Shown: positions 26,249 to 36,867 of the stretch, one piece after another
How positions within the stretch are numbered: position 1 is the stretch's first letter
Layout: the number at the start of each line of letters is the position of its first letter
Origin: Clostridia bacterium
GTDB taxonomy: Bacteria; Bacillota; Clostridia; Oscillospirales; CAG-272
Direction: 5' to 3'
DNA: 52,354 nucleotides
NCBI GenBank assembly: GCA_017453005.1
Contig: JAFTKY010000017.1
Span: 1-52,354 of the forward strand
Notes under the pieces: model-generated
What the model was told of the DNA's origin: nothing
The model's database searches: none
Seen by the model: only the letters and a program-made list of their open reading frames with translations
Position numbers and translations under genes: made by a program

Positions 26249-27619
26249 ATGGAAAAGACAGTAAATATATACGGCGCGGGACTCGCAGGCTGTGAGGCGG
26301 CGTGGCAGGCGGCGCAGAGGGGCGTAAAGGTCAGACTTTTTGAAATGAAGCCCCACAAGTACACGCCCGCCCACCACTCTCGGGGCTTTGCGGAGCTTGT
26401 GTGCTCAAATTCTCTGCGCTCGGACAGAGTGACCAATGCCGTGGGACTTCTCAAGGAGGAGCTTCACCGCATGGACTCGCTTATAATGGAGGCGGCGTAT
26501 GCGACGCGCGTCCCCGCAGGCTCGGCGCTTGCCGTTGACAGAGAGCTGTTTTCGGCGTATATCACTGAGAAGATAAAAAATCACGAAAATATCGAGGTCA
26601 TTGAGCGTGAGGTGAGTGACGTCGAGGACGGAGTTGTGACGGTCATCGCAACGGGGCCTTTGACGAGTGAGCCCATGGCTGACTATATACAGAATACTCT
26701 GGGCTGTAAGGGGCTGCATTTCTTTGACGCCGCCGCACCCATAGTTGATGCGTCAACGCTCAATATGGACGTTGTCTACGCCGCGTCAAGATACGACAAG
26801 GGAGATGCGGATTATCTCAACTGTCCCATGACACGCGAGCAGTACGACGAGTTCTATAACGCACTCATCACCGCAAAGGAAGCGGAGCTTAAGGAATTTG
26901 ACCGCGAGTCGCAAAAGGACCTGAAGGTCTTTGAGGGCTGTATGCCCGTTGAGGTCATGGCAAAGCGCGGATACGATACTCTGCGCTACGGGCCCTTAAA
27001 GCCCGTGGGACTTGTGGACAAGCGTACGGGTGTTGAAGCATACGCGGTAGTTCAGCTTCGCCGCGAGAACGCGGAGGGAACTATGTATAACCTCGTCGGC
27101 TTCCAGACGCATTTGACCTTCCCTGAGCAGAAAAGGGTTTTTGGAATGATACCCGGACTTGAAAACGCGGAATTTCTGCGCTACGGAATCATGCACAGAA
27201 ACACATACCTCAATTCTCCCGGATTTCTCGATGCAGACTATTCCGTCATAGGTAATCCCGATATATTTTTTGCGGGGCAGATGACGGGTGTTGAGGGATA
27301 TATCGAGTCCGCAGGCTCGGGATTTGTTGCGGGCGTGAACGCCGCGCACAGAGTTCTTGGGAAGGACAAGGTGATATTCCCGTCTACCATGATGCTCGGT
27401 GCTATGGCAAAGTACGTAAGCACGGGTAACATGAGCGGAAATTTCGTTCCAATGAACGCGAATTTCGGAATTATTGACTCTCTTGACAGACGTGTCAAGG
27501 GTGGCAAGGTAGCAAAATACGAGGTAGTGGCGGCGCGCGCACTTGACGCGCTCCCCGAGTACGCCGAAAAAATCGGCGCGCAAAGCTATAAAAAATATAT
27601 TTCAACAGAAGAGAACTAA
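26249..27619 (+). CDS. trmFO: Folate/FAD-dependent tRNA U54 methyltransferase TrmFO (Gid)
   Basis: GAGLAGCEAAWQ, ELVCSNS, FAGQMTGVEGY; ATG at 26249. Confidence 0.96.
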   Translation: MEKTVNIYGAGLAGCEAAWQAAQRGVKVRLFEMKPHKYTPAHHSRGFAELVCSNSLRSDRVTNAVGLLKEELHRMDSLIMEAAYATRVPAGSALAVDRELFSAYITEKIKNHENIEVIEREVSDVEDGVVTVIATGPLTSEPMADYIQNTLGCKGLHFFDAAAPIVDASTLNMDVVYAASRYDKGDADYLNCPMTREQYDEFYNALITAKEAELKEFDRESQKDLKVFEGCMPVEVMAKRGYDTLRYGPLKPVGLVDKRTGVEAYAVVQLRRENAEGTMYNLVGFQTHLTFPEQKRVFGMIPGLENAEFLRYGIMHRNTYLNSPGFLDADYSVIGNPDIFFAGQMTGVEGYIESAGSGFVAGVNAAHRVLGKDKVIFPSTMMLGAMAKYVSTGNMSGNFVPMNANFGIIDSLDRRVKGGKVAKYEVVAARALDALPEYAEKIGAQSYKKYISTEEN

Positions 27620-27648
27620 TTTGATTATATCGGAAAGGTATTAGTGCT

Positions 27649-28368
27649 ATGAGTTTAAGTCCGTTTGGCAAGGATATGCTTGAAGGAAAAACAGGACGTG
27701 ATTTCAAGGATAAAATGCTTTTGCAGAGAGCCTTGACACATTCCTCATATTCAAACGAGTCGGGCGCTCGCAATCATCATCTGCTCTGCAACGAGAGATT
27801 GGAGTTCCTTGGTGACAGCGTGCTTTCCATTATCGTGAGTAAATACCTTTACGAGAAATTTCCCGACTGTCCCGAGGGTGAGCTTACCCGAATGAGAGCC
27901 GAGCTCGTTTGCGAGAGGGCGCTTTCGTCCTACGCGCAGAAAATAGAGCTTGGCGAGTACATACTGCTCGGAGTTGGTGAGGAAAAGAACAACGGCAGAG
28001 AGCGTAAGTCCATTCTTGCGGACGCGTTTGAAGCACTACTCGCGGCAATTTATCTTGACTCGGGCGAGCAGGGCTACGATAACGTAAAGGCGTTTCTCAT
28101 GCCCTTTATCGAGGACGAGGTAAAAAGCCTTGGCAAGACGGGCTTTGCGGCAGACGCAAAGACCAGCCTTCAGCAGTTCGTTCAGCAGGCAGAGGGAGAT
28201 TTCCTTGAATACGTCATCGTCGGCGAGAGCGGTCCCGACCACATGAAGGAATTTTTCGTTGAGGCGAGACTTAATTCCAACGTCATCGGCAGGGGCAGAG
28301 GACGCTCAAAGCGCGAGGCGGAGCAGGCCGCGGCGCGTGAGGCGCTTGCGCTGTTTTCGGTTGAGTAA
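27649..28368 (+). CDS. rnc: Ribonuclease III
   Basis: NERLEFLGDSVL, ADAFEALLAAIYLD, dsRBD. Confidence 0.97.
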   Translation: MSLSPFGKDMLEGKTGRDFKDKMLLQRALTHSSYSNESGARNHHLLCNERLEFLGDSVLSIIVSKYLYEKFPDCPEGELTRMRAELVCERALSSYAQKIELGEYILLGVGEEKNNGRERKSILADAFEALLAAIYLDSGEQGYDNVKAFLMPFIEDEVKSLGKTGFAADAKTSLQQFVQQAEGDFLEYVIVGESGPDHMKEFFVEARLNSNVIGRGRGRSKREAEQAAAREALALFSVE

Positions 28369-28369
28369 T

Positions 28370-29410
28370 ATGCTTGAAAAAAAGAAAAATCACAGAAACA
28401 TTCCCATATTCATACCTCACATGGGGTGTCCGAATATGTGTGTGTTCTGTAATCAGAGAAAAATATCGGGGAAGACCTGCTTTGACAGGGAAGCCGTCAG
28501 GACCGAGATAGAAAACGCCCTGTCCACCATACCGCCCGAGTGCGAGGTGGAGATAGCGTATTTCGGCGGCTCGTTTACCGGAATTGACCGCGAGCTTATG
28601 ATATATCTTTTGGATGTGGCGCAGTCGTTTATTGACAGAGACGGCGACGGACACGCGCACGTGACGGGTATCAGAATGTCGACCCGCCCCGATTATATCA
28701 ACGGCGAGATACTTGATATTTTATCAAACTACACTATAAGCGCGATAGAGCTTGGGCTTCAGAGCATGGATGACAGCGTTCTTGAAAAATCCAAGCGAGG
28801 ACATAACAGCCTTTGCGCAGAAAAAGCCTGCAAAATGATAGCCCAGCGAGGGTTTGAGCTTGTCGGACAGATGATGATAGGACTACCCGCCTCCACACCC
28901 GAAAGCGAGATTTACACGGCGAAAAAAATATGCGATATGGGTGCCGTCGGCGCTCGCATATATCCCACGGTGGTGTTTTACGAGACCGAGCTTGCGGACA
29001 TGGCAAAGAGCGGCGAGTACGAAATGCTTGAGCTTGAGGACGCGGTAAAAAGAAGCGCGGATGTGCTTGAGGTCTTTGAGGCGCGCGGAGTTGATTGCAT
29101 CCGTATAGGGCTGTGCTCGTCGGATAATCTGTCGGACGAGACTTGCGTTATGGGCGGCGCAAACCACCCCGCGCTCGGTGAGCTCGTGCTTGGTGAATAT
29201 CTTTACAAGAGAATGTCCTCTCTTATAGAGCAGAGCGGAGAGGCTGCGGACGGCAGAACGGCCATCTTTACCGTGCCCCGAGGAAGGCTTTCGGCGTCTA
29301 TCGGGCAGAGAGGTAAAAACCGCGACAGATTAAAGGAAAATTACAGACTGAAAAGCGTAATTATCAGGGAGGGAGACGCAAGCGGCGTCACTCTTCGTAT
29401 ACAGACTTGA
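28370..29410 (+). CDS. Radical SAM protein (Elp3/YhcC-like)
   Basis: CPNMCVFC, YFGGSFT, STRPD, ELGLQS; ATG at 28370. Confidence 0.88.
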   Translation: MLEKKKNHRNIPIFIPHMGCPNMCVFCNQRKISGKTCFDREAVRTEIENALSTIPPECEVEIAYFGGSFTGIDRELMIYLLDVAQSFIDRDGDGHAHVTGIRMSTRPDYINGEILDILSNYTISAIELGLQSMDDSVLEKSKRGHNSLCAEKACKMIAQRGFELVGQMMIGLPASTPESEIYTAKKICDMGAVGARIYPTVVFYETELADMAKSGEYEMLELEDAVKRSADVLEVFEARGVDCIRIGLCSSDNLSDETCVMGGANHPALGELVLGEYLYKRMSSLIEQSGEAADGRTAIFTVPRGRLSASIGQRGKNRDRLKENYRLKSVIIREGDASGVTLRIQT

Positions 29411-29434
29411 AAATCGAGAAAGGAAGGGCACAGA

Positions 29435-32400
29435 ATGTATCTTAAATCAATAGAGCTTCAAGGATTTAAGTCATTTCCCGATAAAACAAAGCTGACGTTT
29501 GACTCAAAGGGCGAGGATATGTCCTCGGGCGTTACGGTCATAGTAGGCCCTAACGGAAGCGGAAAGTCAAACATTGCAGACGCGATGCGTTGGGTTTTGG
29601 GTGAAATATCCTCAAAATCTTTGCGCGGAACGAAAATGGAGGACGTTATCTTCGGCGGTGCTGACAGCCGCAGACCTATGGGCTTTGCCGAGGTTTCGGT
29701 AACGTTTGACAATACTGATGAAACAAGCAGGCTCGACTGCCCCTACGACGAGGTGACTGTCACCAGACGTTACTTCCGCGCGGGCGAGAGCGAATACTAT
29801 ATAAACAGACGCCCCGTTCGTCTTCGCGACATCTACGAGCTTTTCATGAACACGGGTATCGGACGTGACGGATATTCCATTATCGGTCAGGGACGAATTG
29901 CCGATATGGTATCCCGTAAGAGTGACGAGCGCCGCGGAATTTTCGAGGACGCGTCGGGTATCGCAAAATACAGACATAAGAAAAACGAGGCGGAGAGAAA
30001 GCTTTCGCAGACCGAGGACAATATGACGCGTGTCAACGACGTCTTTGCAGAGGTCTCGGCGCAGGTTGGCCCTCTTGAGAGAGAGGCAGGCAAGGCAAAG
30101 CGCGCCATCGAGCTTATGGACACGAAAAAGAAGGTAGACGTAAGCCTTTGGCTCTTTGATACCGAAAAGCTCCGCGCGGACATAACCGTAGCCGAGGATG
30201 CGCTCCGTCATTCCGCGTTTGACCTGAAAAACGCAGAGGACTCCCAGCAGTCGCTTGACGCACGCTCAGCAAAGCTTTTTGACGCGTCGCAGAGCGGAAA
30301 GATCGCGTCCTCCCAGCTTCTCTCGGAAATACGCGACGTAACGAATGAAATACACACGCTTGACAGTGAGTTCAGAGTAAGCGAGAGCAATATCGCGCAC
30401 GCGGGCGAGCTTATGCAGAACGCAGAGCAGTCTCGAGCGTCCTTTGAAAAAACTCTTGAAGAGGAAAAGACAAAGGCAGAGGCTCACAAGGGAAAGATAG
30501 ACGAGCTTAACTTGTCGCTTGAAGAGTGGAATCAAAAGCTCGAGGCGGCAGAGGACGAGATATTTGAGCAGAAGTGTGAGATCGCCGAGCTTGATAAGGC
30601 TATTGATACCGCTTTCTCGGACAGCAAGAGCGCGGAGGAGGTCGCGACCGACATTAAGGTGCGTATATCCGTGCTTGAAAACGCGCGCTCCAGCGGAAGC
30701 GACAGAAACGCGAGTATTCTCGTTGACATTGAGGAATACGAGCAGATACACGAGCGTCTTGAAAAGGACAGAGCGTCTGCGGAAAGATCGGTAGGAAATT
30801 ACGAAAAGGCGATTTCCGAGGCGGACGCGGAGATAACCGAGGAGGAAAACAAGCTCTCGGCGGCAAATAACACCTACGGTGAGCTTTACGAAGAAATAAA
30901 CGTCAAAAAGCTGAGAAGGGATTCCGCCGTGCAGAAGGCGGCAACCATCAAGGCGGCAGAGGAGCAGTTCCACGGATATGCAGCCAGCGTAAAATACGTC
31001 ATGAACGGATACGGCGCGGGCAATATCACCGACATTCACGGCAGCCCCTGCGGAACTATTTACGGACCTCTCTCAAAGCTTATTTCGGTTGAGTCAAAAT
31101 TCATTACCGCTATTGAGGTAGCGCTGGGCGCAAATCTTCAGAATATCGTAGTTGAGGACGAGAACACCGCAAAGGCGGCTATGTATTACCTCAAGCGCGG
31201 TCAGGCGGGACGAGCTACGTTTTTCCCGCTCACGTCCATGAAGCCGTCAAACGAAACGCCCGAGATGCGTGACGCAAGGGGCTTTGCGGGATATATTGAC
31301 ACGGCGGATAATCTCTGCCGCAGAGATTCCAAGTTTGACGCGGTAATTTCGTCTCTGCTCGGCAGAACGCTCGTCTTTGATAATATTGACAACGCTACCG
31401 CTATGGCGAAGGCACTCAGATACAAGGTCAGAGTAGTAACGCTTGACGGTCAGCAGATAAACGCGGGCGGTTCGTTTACGGGCGGTTCGGTAAATCAGGG
31501 CGGCAGCGCGCTCTCGCGTGCGGAGGAGATGAAGAACCTCACCGCGGAGGCAGAGAGACTTGAGGGCGAGATAAAGGCTCTTGAGGGCAGACTGTCCGCA
31601 CTCAAAAAGGATATTGAGGAATATACCGAGCGTATTACAGAGCTTTCGGATAAGAAGGAGATACTTTCCATGCTCAAGAGCTCGGAGAACGCAAAGCTTG
31701 AGCAGATAAACGCGAAGTTTGACGCGAACAAGTCCCTTCTTGACAAGATGCGCGACGACTACGAGCAGATAGTCCGCATGAGCGAAAGATACGAGGAGGA
31801 CATAGCGGCACTCAAGGAGGAGGAGCAGGCTCAGAGCGAAAGGGTGCGCGAGATACTCGCCGCAAGAGAGCATAAGCACGAGCAAAAGGTTGACGCCGAG
31901 GAAAAGCTCGACGAGCTTGAAAAGTCCAAGACCGCTATAATCATCAAAATAAGCGAGGTCCAGAAGGACATTGAGACCGCAACGGCGCTGCTTTCCGTAT
32001 CTGAGGAAAGAATTCGTATGTGCAGGGAGGACATTCTCTCCGCCGAGGGCAGAATACAGTCCTACAAAACGCAAATAGAGAATACCACTGTAGCGCAGGC
32101 AGAAAACCGCAAAAAGTATGCGGAGTGCGAAGGGCTGCTTGCGGAGCTGAACGAAAAGAAAAATCAGCTTGACGAGGGCAACCTGGAGTTTGAAAGAAAG
32201 CTCAACGAGATAAACGCGCTTATCCGTGAGAAGATGTCCGAGAAGGAGCTTATTTTCCGCGCACACACGCAAAACGAGGCAAAGCTTAACAGCCTGCGCG
32301 AGAATTACGATAAGCTTGCAGGCAGACTTTGGGAGGACTACGAGCTTACGCGTAACGACGCAGTAGCTCTCGGATATCCTGCGGTAACTCCCGAAAACCG

Positions 32401-33088
32401 TTCGGAATACGTCAGAACGCAGACGGAGTGCAAAAACAAGCTTCGTGCAATAGGACACGTTGACCTTGACGCCGTGAATAAGTACAAGGAGGTCAAGGAA
32501 AGATACGATTATATGTCCGAGCAGATAAAGGACCTTGAAAAGTCCCGGGACGAGCTGAACGGCATAATCTCACAGCTTGAGGGCGAGATGAAGGTCGCGT
32601 TTACCGAGTCCTTCAACAAGATAAACGAAAACTTTGGCAAGACCTTCTCCGAGCTGTTCGGAGGCGGCTCTGCGGAGCTAACTCTGACAGACCCCGAAAA
32701 CGTGCTTGAGTCGGGAATTGAGATAAAGGCGGCGCCTCCCGGCAAGATAATCAAAAATCTTATGCAGCTTTCGGGCGGCGAGCAGGCGTTTATCGGTGTT
32801 GCGCTGTTTTTCGCTATCCTTAAGGTCAACCCCACGCCATTCTGTATCCTTGACGAGATAGAGGCGGCGCTTGACGAGGTAAACGTAGAAAGACTTGCAC
32901 AGTACATAAAGAGATATTCGGACGGCACGCAGTTCATCATGATCACGCACAGACGAGGCACGATGGCGGCGGCAACGCGTCTTTACGGTGTCACCATGCC
33001 CGAGCACGGTATTTCCAAGGTGCTCACGCTTGACGTAAAGGATATCGAGAAGAAGAAGGAGGGTGAGTGGAATGGCCTTTTTGAATAA
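29435..33088 (+). CDS. smc: Chromosome segregation protein SMC
   Basis: GFKSF, GPNGSGKSN, hinge GRATFFPL, LSGGE, LDEIEAALD. Confidence 0.98.
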   Translation: MYLKSIELQGFKSFPDKTKLTFDSKGEDMSSGVTVIVGPNGSGKSNIADAMRWVLGEISSKSLRGTKMEDVIFGGADSRRPMGFAEVSVTFDNTDETSRLDCPYDEVTVTRRYFRAGESEYYINRRPVRLRDIYELFMNTGIGRDGYSIIGQGRIADMVSRKSDERRGIFEDASGIAKYRHKKNEAERKLSQTEDNMTRVNDVFAEVSAQVGPLEREAGKAKRAIELMDTKKKVDVSLWLFDTEKLRADITVAEDALRHSAFDLKNAEDSQQSLDARSAKLFDASQSGKIASSQLLSEIRDVTNEIHTLDSEFRVSESNIAHAGELMQNAEQSRASFEKTLEEEKTKAEAHKGKIDELNLSLEEWNQKLEAAEDEIFEQKCEIAELDKAIDTAFSDSKSAEEVATDIKVRISVLENARSSGSDRNASILVDIEEYEQIHERLEKDRASAERSVGNYEKAISEADAEITEEENKLSAANNTYGELYEEINVKKLRRDSAVQKAATIKAAEEQFHGYAASVKYVMNGYGAGNITDIHGSPCGTIYGPLSKLISVESKFITAIEVALGANLQNIVVEDENTAKAAMYYLKRGQAGRATFFPLTSMKPSNETPEMRDARGFAGYIDTADNLCRRDSKFDAVISSLLGRTLVFDNIDNATAMAKALRYKVRVVTLDGQQINAGGSFTGGSVNQGGSALSRAEEMKNLTAEAERLEGEIKALEGRLSALKKDIEEYTERITELSDKKEILSMLKSSENAKLEQINAKFDANKSLLDKMRDDYEQIVRMSERYEEDIAALKEEEQAQSERVREILAAREHKHEQKVDAEEKLDELEKSKTAIIIKISEVQKDIETATALLSVSEERIRMCREDILSAEGRIQSYKTQIENTTVAQAENRKKYAECEGLLAELNEKKNQLDEGNLEFERKLNEINALIREKMSEKELIFRAHTQNEAKLNSLRENYDKLAGRLWEDYELTRNDAVALGYPAVTPENRSEYVRTQTECKNKLRAIGHVDLDAVNKYKEVKERYDYMSEQIKDLEKSRDELNGIISQLEGEMKVAFTESFNKINENFGKTFSELFGGGSAELTLTDPENVLESGIEIKAAPPGKIIKNLMQLSGGEQAFIGVALFFAILKVNPTPFCILDEIEAALDEVNVERLAQYIKRYSDGTQFIMITHRRGTMAAATRLYGVTMPEHGISKVLTLDVKDIEKKKEGEWNGLFE

Positions 33089-34175
33089 GCTTTTTGGTAA
33101 AAACAAAGATAATGACGAGGTCAAGGACATAGCAGAAGAAATGGAAGCTGCTGTCACCGAGGCAGAGGAAGCTCAGCCCGAGGAGACTGTCGGGGAGACA
33201 GTACCCGAGGCCGGGGAAACAGTACCCGAGGTCGAGGCGATAGTTGAGGAAGACGCGGAAGCAGAGAAGGTATCCTTCTGGAAAAAGCTCAAGAGCGGTC
33301 TTTCAAAGACAAAGAACGCGCTTTTCGGACAGATAGACGATCTGCTCAAAAATTTCGTGCGCGTTGACGAGGATCTGCTTGAGGAGCTTGAGGAGCTTCT
33401 TATCATGGCGGACGTCGGTGTTAATTCTACCGAGTATATCATAGACGAGCTCCGCGAGCGCATAAAGGACGGCAGGCTCAAGGAAAAGGATCAGGTCATG
33501 TCCTCCATTCAGGAGATAATCGAGGACATGATAGGCGAGGGACAGCCCTTAAAGCTTGACACTACGCCCTCTGTCATACTCGTTATCGGCGTAAACGGCG
33601 CGGGTAAGACCACCTCTATCGGTAAGATATCCAAGCGCCTTAAGGCATCGGGCAAAAAGGTCGTAGTTGCGGCGGCGGACACCTTCCGCGCGGCAGCTAT
33701 TGATCAGCTTGCCGTATGGTGCGAGCGCGCGGGAGTTGAAATGGTAAGACAGAACGAGGGAAGCGACCCTGCGGCTGTCGTTTTCGACGCGATAAGCTAT
33801 GCGAAGAAAAAGCAGGCGGACGTTCTTATAGTTGATACCGCAGGCAGACTTCATAACAAGACTAACCTTATGAACGAGCTTGCAAAGATAAACCGCGTAA
33901 TTGACCGCGAGCTGCCCGGGGCAAGCCGTGAAAACCTGTTGGTGCTTGATGCGACCACGGGACAGAACGCTATTCTCCAGGCAAAGGAGTTCTCCAAGGC
34001 GGCAAATATTACGGGAATTACCCTCAACAAGCTTGACGGCACGGCAAAGGGCGGTATCGTCATTTCCATAAAGCAGGAGCTCGATATACCCGTCAAGTTC
34101 ATAGGCGTTGGCGAAAAGATAGACGATATGCGCGAGTTTGACGCCCACGATTTCGTCACTGCGCTGTTTGAGTAA
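33072..34175 (+). CDS. ftsY: SRP receptor FtsY
   Basis: GVNGAGKTT, DTFRAAA, DTAGR, KLDGTAKGG; acidic N-terminus. Confidence 0.97.
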   Translation: MAFLNKLFGKNKDNDEVKDIAEEMEAAVTEAEEAQPEETVGETVPEAGETVPEVEAIVEEDAEAEKVSFWKKLKSGLSKTKNALFGQIDDLLKNFVRVDEDLLEELEELLIMADVGVNSTEYIIDELRERIKDGRLKEKDQVMSSIQEIIEDMIGEGQPLKLDTTPSVILVIGVNGAGKTTSIGKISKRLKASGKKVVVAAADTFRAAAIDQLAVWCERAGVEMVRQNEGSDPAAVVFDAISYAKKKQADVLIVDTAGRLHNKTNLMNELAKINRVIDRELPGASRENLLVLDATTGQNAILQAKEFSKAANITGITLNKLDGTAKGGIVISIKQELDIPVKFIGVGEKIDDMREFDAHDFVTALFE

Positions 34176-34235
34176 CTTGGGGCTCTGCCCCAAGAGCTCG
34201 CTTAAGCCCTTTTTGAAAAACGGTTTAAGACCACA
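34176..34235 (+). repeat. Short palindromic REP-like element
   Basis: CTTGGGGC-TCT-GCCCCAAG hairpin followed by CTTAAGCC..GGTTTAAG stem. Confidence 0.45.
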
Positions 34236-34269
34236 ACCTTCACTAAAAACAAAACGTATATAATCGAAA

Positions 34270-34866
34270 ATGAAGATAGTATTAGCATCAAGAAATAAAA
34301 AGAAAAAAGCGGAGCTTCAGGTGTTGCTCTCGCAGTATATTGAAGGTATTGAGATACTTTCTCTTGACGACGTAGGCATCTACGGAGAGATAGAGGAGGA
34401 CGGCGAGACCTACGAGGAAAACGCGCTTATCAAGGCACGCGTTGCCGCATCGTCGGGATATATCGGCGTTGGCGACGATTCGGGGCTCTCGGTGGACGCG
34501 CTTGGCGGTGCGCCGGGCGTTTACTCGGCAAGATACGCGGGCGAGCACGGTGATGACGAGGCGAATAACAGACTTCTTCTTGAAAATCTCAAAAATATCG
34601 AGGACAGAACCGCAAGATTCGTATGCACTATCGCGTGCGTTTTCCCCGAAGGGGACGGGCGCGCGGACAAAATCGTGCGCGGTGAGGTCAAGGGAAAAAA
34701 CATTGACGAGTACCGCGGAGACGGGGGCTTTGGATATGACCCCATATTCTACTATCCGCCGTTTGACAAAACGCTTGCGGAAATACCTGCGGACATGAAA
34801 AATTCCGTCAGTCACAGAGGCCATGCGATAAAGAAATTAGCAGAAAAACTTTTAGAACGTAAGTAA
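34270..34866 (+). CDS. rdgB: Non-canonical purine NTP pyrophosphatase (RdgB/HAM1)
   Basis: DDSGL, PGVYSARYAG, GFGYDP, SHRG. Confidence 0.94.
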   Translation: MKIVLASRNKKKKAELQVLLSQYIEGIEILSLDDVGIYGEIEEDGETYEENALIKARVAASSGYIGVGDDSGLSVDALGGAPGVYSARYAGEHGDDEANNRLLLENLKNIEDRTARFVCTIACVFPEGDGRADKIVRGEVKGKNIDEYRGDGGFGYDPIFYYPPFDKTLAEIPADMKNSVSHRGHAIKKLAEKLLERK

Positions 34867-34878
34867 CGGAGAAATAAT

Positions 34879-35175
34879 ATGTTGACTTCAAAACAGAGAG
34901 CGTATCTCAAGGGCTTGGCTGCCAACGAGAACGCGATAATTCAGGTCGGCAAGGGCGGCATTACGGAAAATCTTATAAAGACCGTATCCGACGCGCTTGA
35001 GGCAAGAGAGCTTATAAAGATAACCGTGCTTGAAACGGCCGGCGAGTCTCCTCGCGAGATCCAGGAGAGGCTGTGTGAGGCTACGGGAGCGGACGGAGTG
35101 CTCGTCGTCGGCAGAAAGGTAGTAATCTACCGCGAGTCGCAGGACAACAAGCAGATAGTGCTTCCCAAAAAGTGA
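34879..35175 (+). CDS. yhbY: RNA-binding CRM protein YhbY
   Basis: LTSKQRAYL, QVGKGG, ARELIK. Confidence 0.94.
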   Translation: MLTSKQRAYLKGLAANENAIIQVGKGGITENLIKTVSDALEARELIKITVLETAGESPREIQERLCEATGADGVLVVGRKVVIYRESQDNKQIVLPKK

Positions 35176-35176
35176 T

Positions 35177-35782
35177 ATGAGAATAGGAATATACGGCGGC
35201 ACGTTTTCCCCCGTACATATCGGACACGTGCAGGCGGCAAGGGCTTTTATGGAGCAGATGTGGCTCGACGTGCTTTTCGTCATTCCCACGGGCGTTACTC
35301 CCCACAAGGAAATGAACGCGAGCGCGAGCAGTCAGGACAGGCTTAATATGTGCAGGCTCGCCTTTGCGGGGATGGACGGCGTTATCGTCAGCGATATTGA
35401 AATACTTCGTCAGGGAAAGAGCTATACGGTCGACACGCTGCGCGGCTTTTCTGTAAATTCCGAGGACAGACTTTTTCTGCTCTGCGGAACGGACATGATG
35501 CTCACGCTTGACACGTGGCGAGAGCCTGAGGAGATATTCAGGCTCTGTTATCCCGTCTATATAAGACGCGAGAGTGACGCGTCACTTGACGAAAAAATAA
35601 TTTCCAAGATAGCGGAATATAAGAAGAAATACGGCAAGAACGTCGTAAAGCTCACGGTAGATCCCATCGAGGTATCCTCAAGCGAGATAAGAGAGAAGAT
35701 CATGCGCGGTGATGACGTCAGCGACAAGCTACCGCGTACAGTTTATCAATATATCAAGGAAAAGGGGTTGTATCTTAAATGA
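35177..35782 (+). CDS. nadD: Nicotinate-nucleotide adenylyltransferase
   Basis: GGTFSPVHIGH, SYTVDTL, SSSEIR. Confidence 0.95.
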   Translation: MRIGIYGGTFSPVHIGHVQAARAFMEQMWLDVLFVIPTGVTPHKEMNASASSQDRLNMCRLAFAGMDGVIVSDIEILRQGKSYTVDTLRGFSVNSEDRLFLLCGTDMMLTLDTWREPEEIFRLCYPVYIRRESDASLDEKIISKIAEYKKKYGKNVVKLTVDPIEVSSSEIREKIMRGDDVSDKLPRTVYQYIKEKGLYLK

Positions 35783-36414
35783 TATACAGAGAGATTGCAG
35801 AAAGCGAAATAGAGGGGCTCAGGCTGCGGGTCAGTGCGACCATGTCCGAGAAAAGATACTTGCACACGCTTGCGGTTGAGGAAATGGCGGCAAGACTTTC
35901 CGACCTTTATTGCCCCGAAAAAAAGAGCAAGATACGTGCGGCGGCTCTGCTTCACGATATAACCAAGGAGCTGTCCGTCTCGGAGCAGGTGGCTATATGC
36001 AAGGAATACGGCGTACCCTTTACCGACGAGGATCTCGGCGCGCCGAAGGTCTTTCACGCGCGCACCGCGGCAATACTCATTCCCATGAGATTTCCCGAAT
36101 TTTCCGACATTGAGATAATCAACGCGGTAAGATATCACACCACGGGCTGCGCGAGCATGACGCTGTGCGAAAAGATAATATATCTTGCGGACTATATTGA
36201 CGAGACGAGAACGTATTGGGACTGTATAAAGCTTCGCAATATGTTCTGGGATGCAGAGCCAGAACGTATGGATCAGAAGGGGAGACTTGACCACCTTGAC
36301 GCCGTCGTGCTTGAAGCGATAAATATGAGTATAAACTCTCTTATTGAGGAGAGAAAAATAATAAGCTGTGACACGATATCCGCGAGAAACAGCTTGCTTT
36401 TGAATAATAAATAA
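35779..36414 (+). CDS. yqeK: HD-domain Ap4A hydrolase YqeK
   Basis: RYLHT, LLHDITK, YHTTG, IYLADYI; between nadD and rsfS. Confidence 0.9.
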   Translation: MIYREIAESEIEGLRLRVSATMSEKRYLHTLAVEEMAARLSDLYCPEKKSKIRAAALLHDITKELSVSEQVAICKEYGVPFTDEDLGAPKVFHARTAAILIPMRFPEFSDIEIINAVRYHTTGCASMTLCEKIIYLADYIDETRTYWDCIKLRNMFWDAEPERMDQKGRLDHLDAVVLEAINMSINSLIEERKIISCDTISARNSLLLNNK

Positions 36415-36429
36415 GGACAGGTAATAAGA

Positions 36430-36804
36430 ATGAGTGAAAATATGAATAACACACCCGAGGTAAAGTCTCTTGTGGGCGCGACACCCCGCGAGGTAGCAGA
36501 TACGATAGCAGAAATTCTTGACAACAAGAAGGCACGGGACGTCAAGGTCATCGCGGTTGCGGACAAGACGATAATCGCGGACTTCTTCGTGCTTTGCACG
36601 GGTAACTCGTCCACGCAGGTACGCGCACTTACCGACGAGGTAGAGTACAAGCTCGGACTTGCAGGACTTGAGGCGGCGCACGTTGAGGGCAGAGACAGCA
36701 ACTCCTGGCGCGCGCTTGACTACTCCAGCGTCATCGTACACATTTTCGACCGCGAGGCAAGAGAGTTTTATAATCTCGATAAGCTTTACGCGGAGATGCA
36801 GTAA
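36430..36804 (+). CDS. rsfS: Ribosome silencing factor RsfS
   Basis: DNKKARDV, IADFFVLCTG, W..LDY..VIVHIF..REFYNLDKL. Confidence 0.95.
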   Translation: MSENMNNTPEVKSLVGATPREVADTIAEILDNKKARDVKVIAVADKTIIADFFVLCTGNSSTQVRALTDEVEYKLGLAGLEAAHVEGRDSNSWRALDYSSVIVHIFDREAREFYNLDKLYAEMQ

Positions 36805-36817
36805 TGTGTAGATAACC

Positions 36818-36850
36818 AAAAACAGTATCACATCGGTGATACTGTTTTTT
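36818..36850. terminator. Bidirectional terminator
   Basis: AAAAACAGTATCAC-ATCG-GTGATACTGTTTTT. Confidence 0.85.
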
Positions 36851-36867
36851 CTTTGAACATAAATAAA

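Noticed and set aside
33191-33232. 21-bp tandem repeat in ftsY (GETVPE twice)
   Set aside because: An in-frame duplication in the variable acidic N-terminus; ordinary.
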